Positions 1 to 46,415 of a stretch of 64,000 nucleotides of DNA are shown one piece after another (position 1 is the stretch's first letter; each line of letters begins with the position of its first letter). The notes beneath the pieces are model-generated. The model was not told the DNA's origin, ran no database searches, and saw nothing but the letters and a program-made list of their open reading frames with translations. A program made the translations under genes and the position numbers. Source of the stretch: Macrostomum lignano (Eukaryota); contig NIVC01000481.1 of assembly GCA_002269645.1 (NCBI GenBank), positions 186,001 to 250,000 on the forward strand. Direction: 5' to 3'.

Positions 1-600
1 TGTGCGTTATCTATCGGCTAAAGGTCAAAGTAGCTCTTATCTTTTTTTCCAAATGGGTGGAGTGGAGTCTCATTCACTGCTTGGGGTCGCAGCAGAGTTT
101 ACATACTCGGCTAGGATCGCGAAATCTCTGTTTTCACTTCATTTTCTGCTTGAATGAAATCTGTTTTAGTAGCGATAAAGAAATTCTCGTGGGGTATTTT
201 TTCTCTTTTTCTCTCCCTAATCCGGTCTTCTAACCGGCTTCTTCTGTGCCTGATTTTCTTTTTCTTTCTAATCTCGTTTCGCTTTGAAATTTTTTGGCGC
301 AAAAATGCTGAAGAAGTCTTTAATAGCGCTTAGTTGCAGTATTTGCAATGATTTTTCATTTGACGCAAGTCAACTACGAGTACTGTACATTAACAAGCGG
401 GCTGGGCGTAATTCAAAATTATTTTTAGAAAGATTGGTTTAGATAATAAAAACACTGTCGTCTTTATAAAATTGCTAAAAATACTGACAGCTTATTTCTC
501 CATTTTTGCATACTGCTTCTAATCTGCTTCCTAACTTATTGCCGCCTCTTTCCATGAAAGAATCCGCCACAGTTTAGCCGCAGTCTACCATATTCTTTCC

Positions 601-1510
601 AGATCCTCTGTTGCTGGGCTAGCCTCCCAGATCCTCAGTTGCTGGGCCAGCCTCTCAGAGTGCCAGTTGCTGGGCCAGCCTCTCAGAGTGCCAGTTGCTG
701 GGCCAGCCTCCCAGATCCTCAGTTGCTGGGCCAGCCTCCTAGATCCTCAGTTGCTGGGCCAGCCTCCCAGATCCCCAGTTGCTGGGCCAGCCTCTCAGAT
801 CCCCAGTTGCTGGGCCAGCAGCCTCCCAGATCCTCAGTTGCTGGGCCAGCCTCCCAGATCCTCAGTTGCTGGGCCAGCCTCCCAGATCCTCAGTTGCTGG
901 GCCAGCCTCCCAGATCCTCAGTTGCTGGGCCAGCCTCCCAGATCCTCAGTTGCTGGGCCAGCCTCCCAGATCCTCAGTTGCTGGCCCAGCCTCTCAGAGT
1001 GCCAGTTGCTGGGCCAGCCTCCTAGATCCTCAGTTGGTGGGCCAGCCTCCCAGATCCCCAGTTGCTGGGCCAGCCTCCCAGATCCTCAGTTGCTGGCCCA
1101 GCCTCTCAGAGTGCCAGTTGCTGGGCCAGCCTCCCAGATCCTCAGTTGCTGGGCCAGCCTCCCAGATCCCTAGTTGCTGGGCCAGCCTCCCAGATCCTCA
1201 GTTGCTGGGCCTGCCTCTCAGATCCTCAGTTGGTGGGCCAGCCTCTCAGATCCTCAGTTGGTGGGCCAGCCTCCCAGATCCTCAGTTGCTGGGCCAGCCT
1301 CTCAGATCCTCAGTTGGTGGGCCAGCCTCTCAGATCCTCAGTTGGTGGGCCAGCCTCTCAGATCCTCAGTTGGTGGGCCAGCCTCTCAGATCCTCAGTTG
1401 GTGGGCCAGCCTCCCAGATCCTCAGTTGCTGGGCCAGCCTCTCAGATCCTCAGTTGGTGGGCCAGCCTCTCAGATCCTCAGTTGGTGGGCCAGCCTCTCA
1501 GATCCTCAGT
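601..1510. repeat. 28-bp minisatellite (ctgggccagcctcccagatcctcagttg)
   Basis: Direct tandem units; source of ORFs 639-1550. Confidence 0.95.
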
Positions 1511-2715
1511 TTACTTCGTTGTTATTTTAGCAATACCTACCGTTAGTTAATGTTACCGTGAATGAGTGCAAATGCGCGCATCAAGTTTTCCGCTGTTCCT
1601 TGTAACAATTTTTATTATTATTTTATTATTTGAAAAGTACAATACAATCTGCGCCTAAAAATAGCTCCCAACGCCAGTCAGCAGCTTTGCATTTTAAAGC
1701 CGGGAGTTTCAGAGAGGAAATTGGGCTTGTTGCCCTTTTTTATACGCATGTATAACTCATGTATAACATGCTGAAAACGCATGTTCGTAATTTGCCTGCC
1801 CGCTCCGCACCTGCCTCTCGCGAAAAATTTTGTGCACGCATCTAGGCTACCCTCCCCCCTCTGTCTTCATTGTTAAGCCCGCAGTCCTAATTGTTGTTGA
1901 CTAAAAGCCAAGCCGAGAAAAACGCCCTGAGCTTAGCTAGACCTTACCTCTAGCCCCTAGCCCCCCGCCCAGTTAAATTAACGTTACGGGTATTATAAGT
2001 GTTTAGCCGAAACTTTATACTATAGTCAGCCTGTTTAGTTAGTTGGCTGTTTGGAAAGATTGAATGACGAGACAGCGGCTGCAGTTGTGCAGATTGAGGT
2101 TGGGGGGTGAGTTGCTAGAATGAGTTCTAAATTAGCATAAGGCTTGCATATTTTGTTCTCCCCATATCTCATAGCTTTATCTAATACCATGTATGTTTGA
2201 CGTTTAATCTGAAGAATTTGGGACTAAGGGATTCTCTTTATACTCGCGGATGTATTTATATTACTCGTAAATGTAAAATATTGCTGATCTCTTAGCCAGC
2301 TAAAGAGTGATTGGTCTGTCGACAGATATCCAGCTTTCTTAGTAGTACTGTCTATACTATCTAATCTAGCCTGACAACGGAATGATGGACGCAGCGAAAC
2401 TCTCTTTAGATGTATACGTCAGCAGCAGCAGCAATGAGTAAGCTTATTATAAAGATTAGCCTTAAGGCTTTCCTTGCTTCCTTTGCCTTGACTGTCATCA
2501 TAAATCTATCTCTTTATAGTTTGCTTTGTGTATGCTTTGTTAGTAATCTCTTTGTAATGTTTCTTCCGCTGTTTATGTCTCAAATTTCGATTTATATTAA
2601 CCTCCCTATCTTATATAGACAGCGAAGAACAATTAATATAAGTTGTCTGTTTAGAGTAGGGATCGGGAAACTTTTTAACTTAGGGCCTGATATAGAATCT
2701 AGCGCATAACTGCGG

Positions 2716-2990
2716 GACAGAGAGAGGAGGGGAGAGGGGGATAAGAAAGGAAAGAGAAGAGGGGAGAGGAGAGGGGAGATGAGTGAGGAGAGAGAGGAGA
2801 TAAGAGAGAGAGCGGGGAGATGAGTGAGGAGAGAGAGGGGAGATGAGTGAGAAGAGAGGGGAAATAAGAGAGGAGAGAGGCGAGATAAGAGATGAGAGAG
2901 GGGAGATGAGTGAGAAGAGAGGGGAGATAAGAGATGAAAGAGGGGAGATGAGTGAGGAGAAAGGGGAGATAAGAGAGAGGTTTAGAAGAG
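2716..2990. repeat. GA-rich low-complexity tract
   Basis: gagag/ggggagatgagtga reiterations. Confidence 0.8.
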
Positions 2991-4397
2991 CATTGAGTTG
3001 AGGGCAATTGAATCCAGTTCTTTCGGCCTAGCAGATGAAGTTAGCCCAGTCAGGGAATTCTCCAGACTTCCCTGACTTCCCTGGCCCAGTCCTGTTTGCT
3101 ATCGCTACCGCTTGTTGCCACGCGAGGCCGTTCATCAGACTCGATTCAATTCCATAGCTGATTGGTGGATTATGGGGCCTATGTTAAAAGATTTTGGGAA
3201 GGCACTTCAACGGACAAATTGACCTTTTTGAGTCTGTTTCCTAGGCTGGTTTGATTGTTAGAAGCTTTACCAATGGTGGCTGGTTAAATCCAGTTCTATC
3301 GCTAGGGATTGGGTGATTGTCTGCATAAGATCGTTCATCCTGCTTGCCAGTTCCATCCCAGCCTCCGCGCCCCCCTCTCAGCCCCGTTCCAATTTCCGTC
3401 TTTCAATCCACGCGCATGGATCGACTTTCTCTTGACCATTCTTGCCTCCCCCCTGTTCTGGCCGTACTTTGGGAAAATATAAATCCCCTCGCCATCTCTA
3501 TCCCTCCTGTTAACCGATCAGCCCGTCCATCTAACTCTCTTCTCTACTTGTAGTTGACATCCCACTTTTGTTCCCTTATATAGCTTTGCCGTCGGGCATG
3601 AAGTACATTGTGCCGCTGTACCCACCCCTCCTGTTTCTATCTTTCCCCAGTTTTAAACCACTCTCTTGCCCTTCCCTACCGTCTCCAATGACCTCCGTCT
3701 TTGTGACTAGATCGAACAGGATTGCTCCAAAATCTTCTAGCTGGATCAGGCTACTAACGCCAGTCTTTAAGTAATCTCTATTTAGTGCGGTTGCTCTCAT
3801 GCATTTACCCAACCTTCGTGATTCCACTCCTTCGTAAGCAGCAAAAACTTAACAGAGAGGGGTTGGAGTAAAGCACAATAAATAATTGTTCAAAATATTT
3901 CTCTCGCTGGTAAGCTTCGGACCCTATACTTAATGTTTTATTTAGCTTTGATAAATTTGCGCGCAGTTCGGTACGGTAGTGAAAATGCATGTGTAGGGGA
4001 GAGAGTGTGTTTTTTTCTCTTGTAAAGTCTTTATTGCATTTTCTTCTGCTTAGGTAGCAGTGTTTTTTAGTCAAATATGTAATAGCAACTGCGGCAACAG
4101 ATGTTGCCTGGTTTGCTAGTTAGCTTTTAGTGATCGTATGCAGACCCTTCTCTTCTAGCTTGTCTTTCACTTGCCCTGTTATTAGTTTTGCAGAGTTTTG
4201 CAATAGGGGCATTTATTAAGTGAATCCCATTTTCCCTGTTCGTAGTTGGCAAAGGCGGTACAAGCTCTTTTTCTGTGGGTTATTAATTTTTGTCCCCTCT
4301 ATCTGTAAAATCTGCTGCTTTGTAATTGATATCACCGCTGCTGTATCAATTACCTGAAGGGTAAAATTAGAATCCTGCATCTAATACTTCATCTAGT

Positions 4398-4930
4398 GTA
4401 TGTAATGTGCCATTTGTTTCAACAAGGGTAGCTTTAGAGTCGTGAATGTAATGTGCCATTTGTTTCAACAAGGGTAGCTTTAGAGTCGTGAATGTAATGT
4501 GCCATTTGTTTCAACAAGGGTAGCTTTAGAGTCGTGAATGTAATGTGCCATTTGTTTCAATAAGGGTAGCTTCAGAGTCGTGAATGTAATGTGCCATTTG
4601 TTTCAAAAAGGGTAGTTTCAGAGTCGTGTATGTAATGTGCCATTTGTTTCAACAAAGGTAGTTTCAGAGTCGTGTATGTAATGTGCCATTTGTTTCAACA
4701 AGGGTAGCTTTAGAGTCGTGTATGTAATGTGCCATTTGTTTCAATAAGGGTAGTTTCAGAGTCGTGAATGTAATGTGCCATTTGTTTCAATAAGGGTAGT
4801 TTCAGAGTCGTGTATGTAATGTGCCATTTGTTTCAATAAGGGTAGTTTCAGAGTCGTGTATGTAATGTGCCATTTGTTTCAATAAGGGTAGTTTCAGAGT
4901 CGTGTATGTAATGTGCCATTTGTTTCAATA
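4398..4930. repeat. 46-bp minisatellite (~11 copies)
   Basis: tgtaatgtgccatttgtttcaa...gagtcgtg at 46-nt spacing. Confidence 0.93.
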
Positions 4931-5443
4931 TTTTAGAGTTTCTATTCTAGTATCAAAGCCATATTTAGCTCCTAAATATTAGCAGTGGGTTTTACACTTT
5001 ATACTATATTTAACCGTAATTAAAACTTAAGCATTGAAATATGAATACCAAAATGAATAAGTCAGAGTTGAATTGTGCGCACAAGGCTTCCGTTTCAGCC
5101 TTGTGTTCGAGTTTGCCTTGCTTATCTAAATCTAGATAATATATATCGTTTATATATTCGGACTAAAAATAGATTTCATTGACGACAGAAACTTTGGTGA
5201 AGCTAAATATTGCAACCTGTACTGGCTTAATTAAATGAATATGATTTCTAATTTTAGTTTTGTTGAAAAGCATAGCCATTCAGGGTTATAATAGACTATT
5301 TATATTGTTCGTGTGTACCTTTATTAGTATATACTAATATAATGTCAATTTTAATTACATTTTCAGGGTCATCGTAGCAGCGCAATAGTTGACAAATTGA
5401 TTGAATTCTAAATAAAGACTAAAATCTCTGGAGAAAATCCAAC

Positions 5444-40088
<34,645 letters not shown>

Positions 40089-41447
40089 ACCTTTTTTCGA
40101 CGAAGGACAATAAAAAAATTGAAAAAAAACTCCAACTTGAAATTATCAAACTAAATTAACATGTTGTGTTTATATGATCTGTTTGTCCATCCAAGATTCC
40201 CGCTGCCTTCTTCATTCTGTCCTACGAACGAGTTCTCGATCAATCTGTTAGCTTTGCATATCTTGAAAATGCATGCCAGGAAGTGAACTATTTCCTGTAA
40301 GTGAGTTAATCTAATGCCAGTGAAACATTACTGTTTTGAAATCGATATCTATGTAGAAACAAACAAGATCTCTATTTTAAAAGCCATAAAAATCATTAGC
40401 TTAATTCACTTTATCGTAATTTTAAAGAATCGTTTGATGTGTGCATAAGTTTGACCTAGTTTAATCATTTGCGCCCTTAAATAATAATAATAGTTTCCAT
40501 CCAACTTTACTACTCTCGTATCGTATTCTCTTAGTAGTCTGTAACGATTGGAAAATAATTCATCATTTTTTAATATGCATGCATACTACTGATGACCGAT
40601 TCGATTTGTAGCTGTATCAGTAGTAATACATGTCGCGTATCTTCAGTTTGTTTTGTAAAATTTATTTTCTCATTAATTTGAAATTCGACCAGCCAGCCTC
40701 CCATGCCATGCGGTGTGGAAATTAATTCCTGCAAATTCAGTTTGAATATTGGTGCGAGCTCCCCCCCTTTTTTGTCTGTCTGCCATCAATCTGTTATTCA
40801 ATCATTCTAATTTTAATAAACATATTTTTGTAATTTGACTGTTAGCTCTTACATGCGCGCTTTTTTCTAATTTTTTAAATCCATGTAGACTATCATTTCT
40901 CCGTTATTAATGAAAAATAGAACTATATATACTACTTATCACAATAATTGTAAGTAGCACATCTTTGTCCATGATGTATTTTGCACTAAGTATATACATA
41001 TATATACAATTATATACATTAAAATTTAATGATTAACTATCCATCGATCGCACAAAATCAATATAATTTATGCTTTTTGTGCAGGCTTCTGTTTTATAAA
41101 TGTTTTTCTATGGTGTGTTTTTCTAAGAACTTTGTTATTTCTGTTATAAGTATGGCTGCAAACTCTCTCAGGCTCTTAGCTGGTGAATTCTTGGTAATTC
41201 CGATGCAGGAAGAACAAGCTACTCATAGTATTAAAATACGGAATTTCTGCCTCAAAAAAGGGTGGTGTCATCTAACTCGATGTCCCTTGGTTGGGTAAGA
41301 TGTCGCAGTCTTCTCAATCCAGATTTTGCAGTTCAGGGCAATCTTCGCACGCAGGAAAAATCAACGGTTTAAAAAGCAACCAACTGGGCCGCGATTTGTT
41401 ATAGTGAAACACGTCGATTCTGATTGGCTGAGCCGATTTGTTATAGT

Positions 41448-41638
41448 TGTAAGACCAGAATTGCGAGAAAATCAGTACGAGGGCTCAAAGGCCAAGTTAG
41501 TCGATATATATATTTGTCTTTCACTATGTACGCGCGTACATTCCGATCGATATAGGTTCAGGTGAATAAAAGCGTGCCCAACCCCCCAGCGCAGGCCAAC
41601 CCCCAAAACAGCCAACACAACGAACACCAAAACTCACA
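41448..41638 (-). repeat. 3' LTR
   Basis: tgtaagacc...aactcaca; identical by eye to 46225-46415. Confidence 0.96.
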
Positions 41639-41651
41639 CCACTTTCCCCCC
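41639..41651 (-). other. Polypurine tract GGGGGGAAAGTGG
   Basis: Immediately abuts the TG of the 3' LTR on the minus strand. Confidence 0.9.
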
Positions 41652-41695
41652 AAGCACGAGGAATAAAACTCTATGGCAAAAGTTCAAAAAAAGGT

Positions 41696-44600
41696 TCACT
41701 CAGGGCGATAAAAATCAGGAGGCCTCCGCTGTCGTACCGAACGTCTTAGCGCTGGTGGGACGACCGGGTCGATTGCTGCTTCGGTGTCACCGTCGTCATC
41801 GTCACTGCCGCCTGACAGCTGAGCCCAGGCGTCAGGCACACCCAGCTGCTCAGGACTGGTGCTGGTAGCCGGAGCCGGCTGCTGCTCATCGGTCAGTTGC
41901 AGAGAGCCGCGCCGCTTCACGAATGGCTTGAGGCGGTCATGGTGCACCACGAGCTTGCGACGCCGCCGAACCGCTAGGCCAGGTGCCAGCCGCACTCGAT
42001 AGTTGACCTCACCCAGCCGCTTGAGAACGACGTAGGGCCCCGTCCAGCGGTTGCTGAGGCTCTTGGAGCGACCAGGCTTCACCGTCTTGCAGCTTAGCAT
42101 GACCAGATCGCCTTGGTTGTAGGGCTGAAACCGCACGTCCTTGTTGTATCGTTCGTTTCTCTCAGTCTGCGCGCTCTGAAGCTTCTGGTGGACGAGCCTC
42201 CGACTCTGCAAAAGCCGTTTCTGAACATCCTCGACGTACTCCAGAGTATCCGAAGCGCCGCTGTTGGTGTGCGGCAGCTTGACATCAAGCGGCAGTCTTG
42301 GTGGCCAACCGTGTAGCACTTGAAACGGAGACAGACCAGTCGTACAGTGCGCAGAGCTGTTGAATGCCCATGTGACAAAAGGCAGCTGTACATCCCAGTC
42401 GTCCTGGCTTTCCGCTACGACCGTCGCCAACATGTTACCGAGAGTGCGGTTTCCGCGCTCCACCAGGCCGTTGCCACTCGGATGAAACGGGGAAGTTCGA
42501 GTCTTCCGCATACCGAGCTGCTCACACAGAGACTGAAACAGCTGGCTCTCAAATTGCCGGCCCTGGTCACTGTGAATCGTGTCCGGAACTCCGTGACGTA
42601 GGGCTACTTGATGGACCAGAACATCAGCAACTCGCTCGGCTTCGATACTTGGTAGAGCACGGGTTTCCATCCATTTGGAGAAGCAGTCGCAGATGCTCAG
42701 AATGTAGCTGTTGTCTCGAGGCGTCCTTGGCAACGGCCCCTTAATGTCGATTTGCACGGTCTCCCACGGTCGCGCCGGCTGTGCTGTACTCTGCAGTGGA
42801 GCTCGCTGAGGGCGACTATTGTTCTTGCGCCGAAGGCATGCTGCACAGCTGGCCACCCAGTTCTGGACATCCTGCTGCATTTTTGGCCACCAGCAGCGCT
42901 CACGCAACTTCTGTAGTGTTCTGTCCGCGCCGAGGTGACCGCTAGCGGCTGCATCGTGGGCGTCGGCCAGGAACTCGGCTCGCAGATGGCTCGGAACGAC
43001 CGGCTTTCCTTGCCTGACCAGCGCGCCATGCGGTCCGATCTCAATTCCGTCATCGCCCAAGAACTCCTCGACCTTCTGCTGACCGCTGTTGGACAGGTGC
43101 TCGCGTCCCTCGGTGAGCGCCTTGAAGACACTCTGCAGAAGCGCATCGCGCTGCTGTTCCTCTAGGAAGTCTTGATCCCTGCTGCTGTCGAGCTGAGTGG
43201 TGGCGGTTCGACTCAACATGTCCGGGACGACATTCTCTCGACAAGGCCGATAGCAGAGCGTGAAGTTGAACTGCTGAATCGTGTCAAGCCAGCGCGCCAG
43301 ACGCCCTTCAGGTTCCTTAGTCTGTAGCAGGCCCTTCAGTGGCTGATGATCGGTGAACGCGGTGAAGTGCTTTACGTTACACAGGTATGACCTGAAATGT
43401 TTTAGGCTCCAGACTAAGGCGAGCAGTTCTCTGTCGGTAGCTGAGTAGTTCCTTTCTGCCTTATTCAGAGTTCTTGAGGCAAAAGCGACTGGCAGTTCCG
43501 AATCTCCGTGTGCCTGACTGAGAACCGCGCCGACTGCAAATGCGCTTGCATCGCAACTCAGGATGAAGGGCCGGCTAAAATCTGGGAGTCTAAGCACGGG
43601 AGCCTGGCAGATCATTTCCCTTAGTTTGGTGAAAGCGCTCTCACACTCATCCGTCCAGGTGAAGCCGGTCTTTTGCGTTGCTGCATGCAGAGGCGCGGCT
43701 ATCCTGCTGAAGTCTTGGATGAATCGCCGGTAAAATCCCAGCATGCCGATGAATCGCCTCACTTCCTCAGCTGAACTCAGCGTCTTAATCTTCGATAAAG
43801 CTTCCACCTTACTGGGGTCTGGCTGAATTCCCTCGCTGCTGACCACATGGCCCAGGTACTTGACACTACGGTACGCAAACACGGACTTATCCTTGTTCAG
43901 TTTCAGACCAGCGCTTCGAAGCCATTCAAAAACCCGTCGTAGGCTGACTAGATGCTGATCAAAGCTCTTACTGAACACTATTAGATCATCCACGTAGACC
44001 AGGACCTCCTCCCATGTGAGGCCAGACATGATCAGCTCCATTAGTCGTTGGAACGTAGCCGGCGAGTTGCACATTCCAAATCCCATTTTCTTGAACTGCA
44101 TGAGTCCTCTGGTAGAGTAAAACGCCGTCTTGTAGCGGTCGGCTTCCTCAACTTCCACTTGATTGAAACCCTGCTTGCAATCGATTGTCGTGAACCAAGA
44201 GCAGCCTGAGAGCGCGTCCATGGACTGTTGTAGGTGTGGGAGCGGATAGGCGTCCTTTACCGTAGCGGCATTCAGCTGGCGCCAGTCAGTGCAGATGCGG
44301 ATGTCTCCGTTCTTTTTCTTGACCACGATCAAATTGCTGGCCCATGGAGAGCTAGACGCCTCAATGATGTCGTGCGCAAGCATCTGGCCAATCTTGTCGT
44401 CGACTCGGTCTCTCAGCGGCAGGGGGAGCGGGCGCTGGCGCTGCCTGAATGGCCGTGCTCCGGGCTCGAGCTCGATGTGGTGCTTAAGTACGCTTGTGGA
44501 GCCGAGGTCAAACTCGTGAGTGCTGAACAGGTCGTCGTTGGCTTTCAAGATGGTCATCAGCTTGTCTCTTTCTAGCTCTGTCAGTTCGGGGTTCACGTCC

Positions 44601-45361
44601 CAGTTCTTCAGTTTCTCCTTCACGTTCCCAACCGGTTCGAGTACATCAGCAGCTTCGAATTCACCGACTGCTTTGTTGGCATACAGTGTTACTGCCTCGG
44701 ATCCCAGATTGCACATGAGAACGGGAATCCTCTGATCGGCGGACAAGGCGAGAACTCGGGATGCCAGCAAACCGGTCTCTTGAGTAAACTCTGCATTCGG
44801 CTCGAAAACGCCCTGCTCATCTTTTGACTTCACTCGCAGCCAGACCAGCTTCTCACTCCTGGCGGGGACGTTGATTTTGCACTCAATGCGGGCCACCAGG
44901 GTCCCGGTCACCATCCGAATTTTTGAGCTGTTGGTAAAAAACGGCACGGCCTCATCATTAAAGCAGACAGTCTTGTTGTTGATGTTAATCCGTAGCTCGC
45001 TGGTTGCCCGACCGATAAAGTCCATCCCTAGGATAAAGTCTACGCTTATTCCCTCTACGACGTTGAATACATGGTCCAATCGGGTCGTCTCTCCAACTTG
45101 AACTGTTCCCCGGGCTGTTCCGAGGCACTGCAGGCGACTACCGTCTACTGACGTTGGACAGCAGCTGCTCCCGGACTCGAGCTGCAGGCCGCATGACCGC
45201 ATGAGGCTGTGGCTGATGAGGGATGTCTGCGCACCAGTGTCGAGCAGGAAGCAGACCGGCTTTTCTTGCAGCAGGGCACGCACAAAAACAGAATGAGCAG
45301 TCTGGGCACTTACTTGGCGGGTTGGGGCTGGCCCGTCGCCTCCAACCCTCAGAAGTTTCCC
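41696..45361 (-). CDS. pol: Pol (protease LLDTGA, RT YVDD, RNase H, integrase HHCC/DDE/GPY), in the -1 frame to gag
   Basis: 1195-aa uninterrupted ORF; frame open up to the GGGAAAC site at 45355-45361. Confidence 0.96.
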   Translation of the reverse strand, partial: GKLLRVGGDGPAPTRQVSAQTAHSVFVRALLQEKPVCFLLDTGAQTSLISHSLMRSCGLQLESGSSCCPTSVDGSRLQCLGTARGTVQVGETTRLDHVFNVVEGISVDFILGMDFIGRATSELRININNKTVCFNDEAVPFFTNSSKIRMVTGTLVARIECKINVPARSEKLVWLRVKSKDEQGVFEPNAEFTQETGLLASRVLALSADQRIPVLMCNLGSEAVTLYANKAVGEFEAADVLEPVGNVKEKLKNWDVNPELTELERDKLMTILKANDDLFSTHEFDLGSTSVLKHHIELEPGARPFRQRQRPLPLPLRDRVDDKIGQMLAHDIIEASSSPWASNLIVVKKKNGDIRICTDWRQLNAATVKDAYPLPHLQQSMDALSGCSWFTTIDCKQGFNQVEVEEADRYKTAFYSTRGLMQFKKMGFGMCNSPATFQRLMELIMSGLTWEEVLVYVDDLIVFSKSFDQHLVSLRRVFEWLRSAGLKLNKDKSVFAYRSVKYLGHVVSSEGIQPDPSKVEALSKIKTLSSAEEVRRFIGMLGFYRRFIQDFSRIAAPLHAATQKTGFTWTDECESAFTKLREMICQAPVLRLPDFSRPFILSCDASAFAVGAVLSQAHGDSELPVAFASRTLNKAERNYSATDRELLALVWSLKHFRSYLCNVKHFTAFTDHQPLKGLLQTKEPEGRLARWLDTIQQFNFTLCYRPCRENVVPDMLSRTATTQLDSSRDQDFLEEQQRDALLQSVFKALTEGREHLSNSGQQKVEEFLGDDGIEIGPHGALVRQGKPVVPSHLRAEFLADAHDAAASGHLGADRTLQKLRERCWWPKMQQDVQNWVASCAACLRRKNNSRPQRAPLQSTAQPARPWETVQIDIKGPLPRTPRDNSYILSICDCFSKWMETRALPSIEAERVADVLVHQVALRHGVPDTIHSDQGRQFESQLFQSLCEQLGMRKTRTSPFHPSGNGLVERGNRTLGNMLATVVAESQDDWDVQLPFVTWAFNSSAHCTTGLSPFQVLHGWPPRLPLDVKLPHTNSGASDTLEYVEDVQKRLLQSRRLVHQKLQSAQTERNERYNKDVRFQPYNQGDLVMLSCKTVKPGRSKSLSNRWTGPYVVLKRLGEVNYRVRLAPGLAVRRRRKLVVHHDRLKPFVKRRGSLQLTDEQQPAPATSTSPEQLGVPDAWAQLSGGSDDDDGDTEAAIDPVVPPALRRSVRQRRPPDFYRPE
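45304..45361 (-). promoter_or_regulatory. -1 programmed ribosomal frameshift signal (G GGA AAC + 6-nt spacer + stem/pseudoknot)
   Basis: Heptamer in X XXY YYZ phase with gag; GGGTTGG(A)GGC pairs with GCCCCAACCC; loop GGGC can pair with downstream GCCC. Confidence 0.8.
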
Positions 45362-46185
45362 GCCGGCCGGGCTTTACTTGGGCAGACCGCTGCATTGTGG
45401 CCCCAACCGGAGCAGTTGAAGCACCGACCTTGCTTGTGGGCACCTTTAGTTGGACATCTGCGCGCGATGTGACCGTCTTTGCCGCACTGGTAGCAACCGG
45501 ATGTTCTCTGGGCCTGCCGACGGTCACCTGGTCCAGCGCGGCCTCCTCTAGCGGCGCCGCTTGTCACGGCAGCTGTCAGTGTCTCCAGCTGCTGCTCGAG
45601 TCGGGACAGCCGGTCGTCAACCACGGAGACCATAGACGAACTTGCGGGCGTGTTCTTGCTCATCACCTGCTCCAGTCTGGTGGCTCTCTCGACCAGCGTG
45701 CCCAGCGTGCATGTATCCGAGTCGCTCTCCTTGAGCAGGGCTTCGCGTATCCCTGCGCTTAATAGCTGGATAATTCTAAACTTGACCTCCCGATCACGGA
45801 GCGTTGATGGGTCATCCGGGCGGGCTCCCATGTACAGCAGCCTGAGAGCGAATGAGAGCTCCCTGATTGACTCGCCATTCTTGCGTTGTCGACCTTGGAA
45901 CTCCTGCATGGCGCGGTGCTGATTGGCAGAGCCGCCGTACTGCTGGAGAAGAAGTGCCTTGATTTTCTCATAACTCTTTTTATCGGCATCTGACATGTCC
46001 CAAACACAGACCTGGGCCTCCCCTCTCAGCAGGAGCTTCACTTTGGAGGCACGCCTTGCATCGTCCCAATTCTTGTCTTCGGCGAAGTCTTCAAAGATGC
46101 TCAGCCAAAAGTGCACGTTTGATTGGCCACTAAACTTGGGCGGTAGCAAACTGGCGTCGTTGCTCTTCTCATCTCGCACTTCCAT
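45349..46185 (-). CDS. gag: Gag with two CCHC zinc knuckles
   Basis: First ATG at 46185; PPKFSG; CYQCGKDGHIARRC and CFNCSGWGHNAAVC. Confidence 0.92.
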   Translation of the reverse strand: MEVRDEKSNDASLLPPKFSGQSNVHFWLSIFEDFAEDKNWDDARRASKVKLLLRGEAQVCVWDMSDADKKSYEKIKALLLQQYGGSANQHRAMQEFQGRQRKNGESIRELSFALRLLYMGARPDDPSTLRDREVKFRIIQLLSAGIREALLKESDSDTCTLGTLVERATRLEQVMSKNTPASSSMVSVVDDRLSRLEQQLETLTAAVTSGAARGGRAGPGDRRQAQRTSGCYQCGKDGHIARRCPTKGAHKQGRCFNCSGWGHNAAVCPSKARPAGNF

Positions 46186-46212
46186 TCTGATCTGCCAACT
46201 TGAATTGGGCTT

Positions 46213-46223
46213 CGCTGCCACCA
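46213..46223 (-). other. Primer-binding site TGGTGGCAGCG (tRNA-Leu-type 3' end)
   Basis: One nt inside the 5' LTR end; complementary to ...CGCTGCCA-CCA, the 3' end of eukaryotic tRNA-Leu(AAG/TAG) as recalled. Confidence 0.75.
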
Positions 46224-46224
46224 G

Positions 46225-46415
46225 TGTAAGACCAGAATTGCGAGAAAATCAGTACGAGGGCTCAAAGGCCAAGTTAGTCGATATATATATTTGTCTTTCA
46301 CTATGTACGCGCGTACATTCCGATCGATATAGGTTCAGGTGAATAAAAGCGTGCCCAACCCCCCAGCGCAGGCCAACCCCCAAAACAGCCAACACAACGA
46401 ACACCAAAACTCACA
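46225..46415 (-). repeat. 5' LTR
   Basis: Direct repeat of 41448-41638. Confidence 0.96.

Larger units (their letters stand above)
41448..46415 (-). mobile_element. Full-length Ty3/Gypsy LTR retrotransposon (4968 bp)
   Basis: Two 191-bp TG...CA LTRs, 4-bp TSD TAGT (41444-47 / 46416-19), PBS, PPT, gag, and pol in the order PR-RT-RH-IN. Confidence 0.97.

Noticed and set aside
639-1550. Long overlapping ORFs in several frames
   Set aside because: Translations of the 28-bp minisatellite; no splice context or protein motif.
2400-4070. Possible decayed non-LTR retrotransposon fragments on the minus strand (also 10800-11160, SRLRAG-like)
   Set aside because: Coding-like texture but multiple stops and no diagnostic RT or endonuclease motif recognisable by eye; needs BLASTX/RepeatMasker.
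41639-41696. env or chromodomain in the LTR element
   Set aside because: Only ~57 nt between the pol stop and the 3' LTR; the integrase tail shows GPY but no chromodomain.
42113-45922. Antisense ORFs over gag/pol and over GC-rich exons of the other genes
   Set aside because: Expected shadow ORFs of GC-rich coding sequence.
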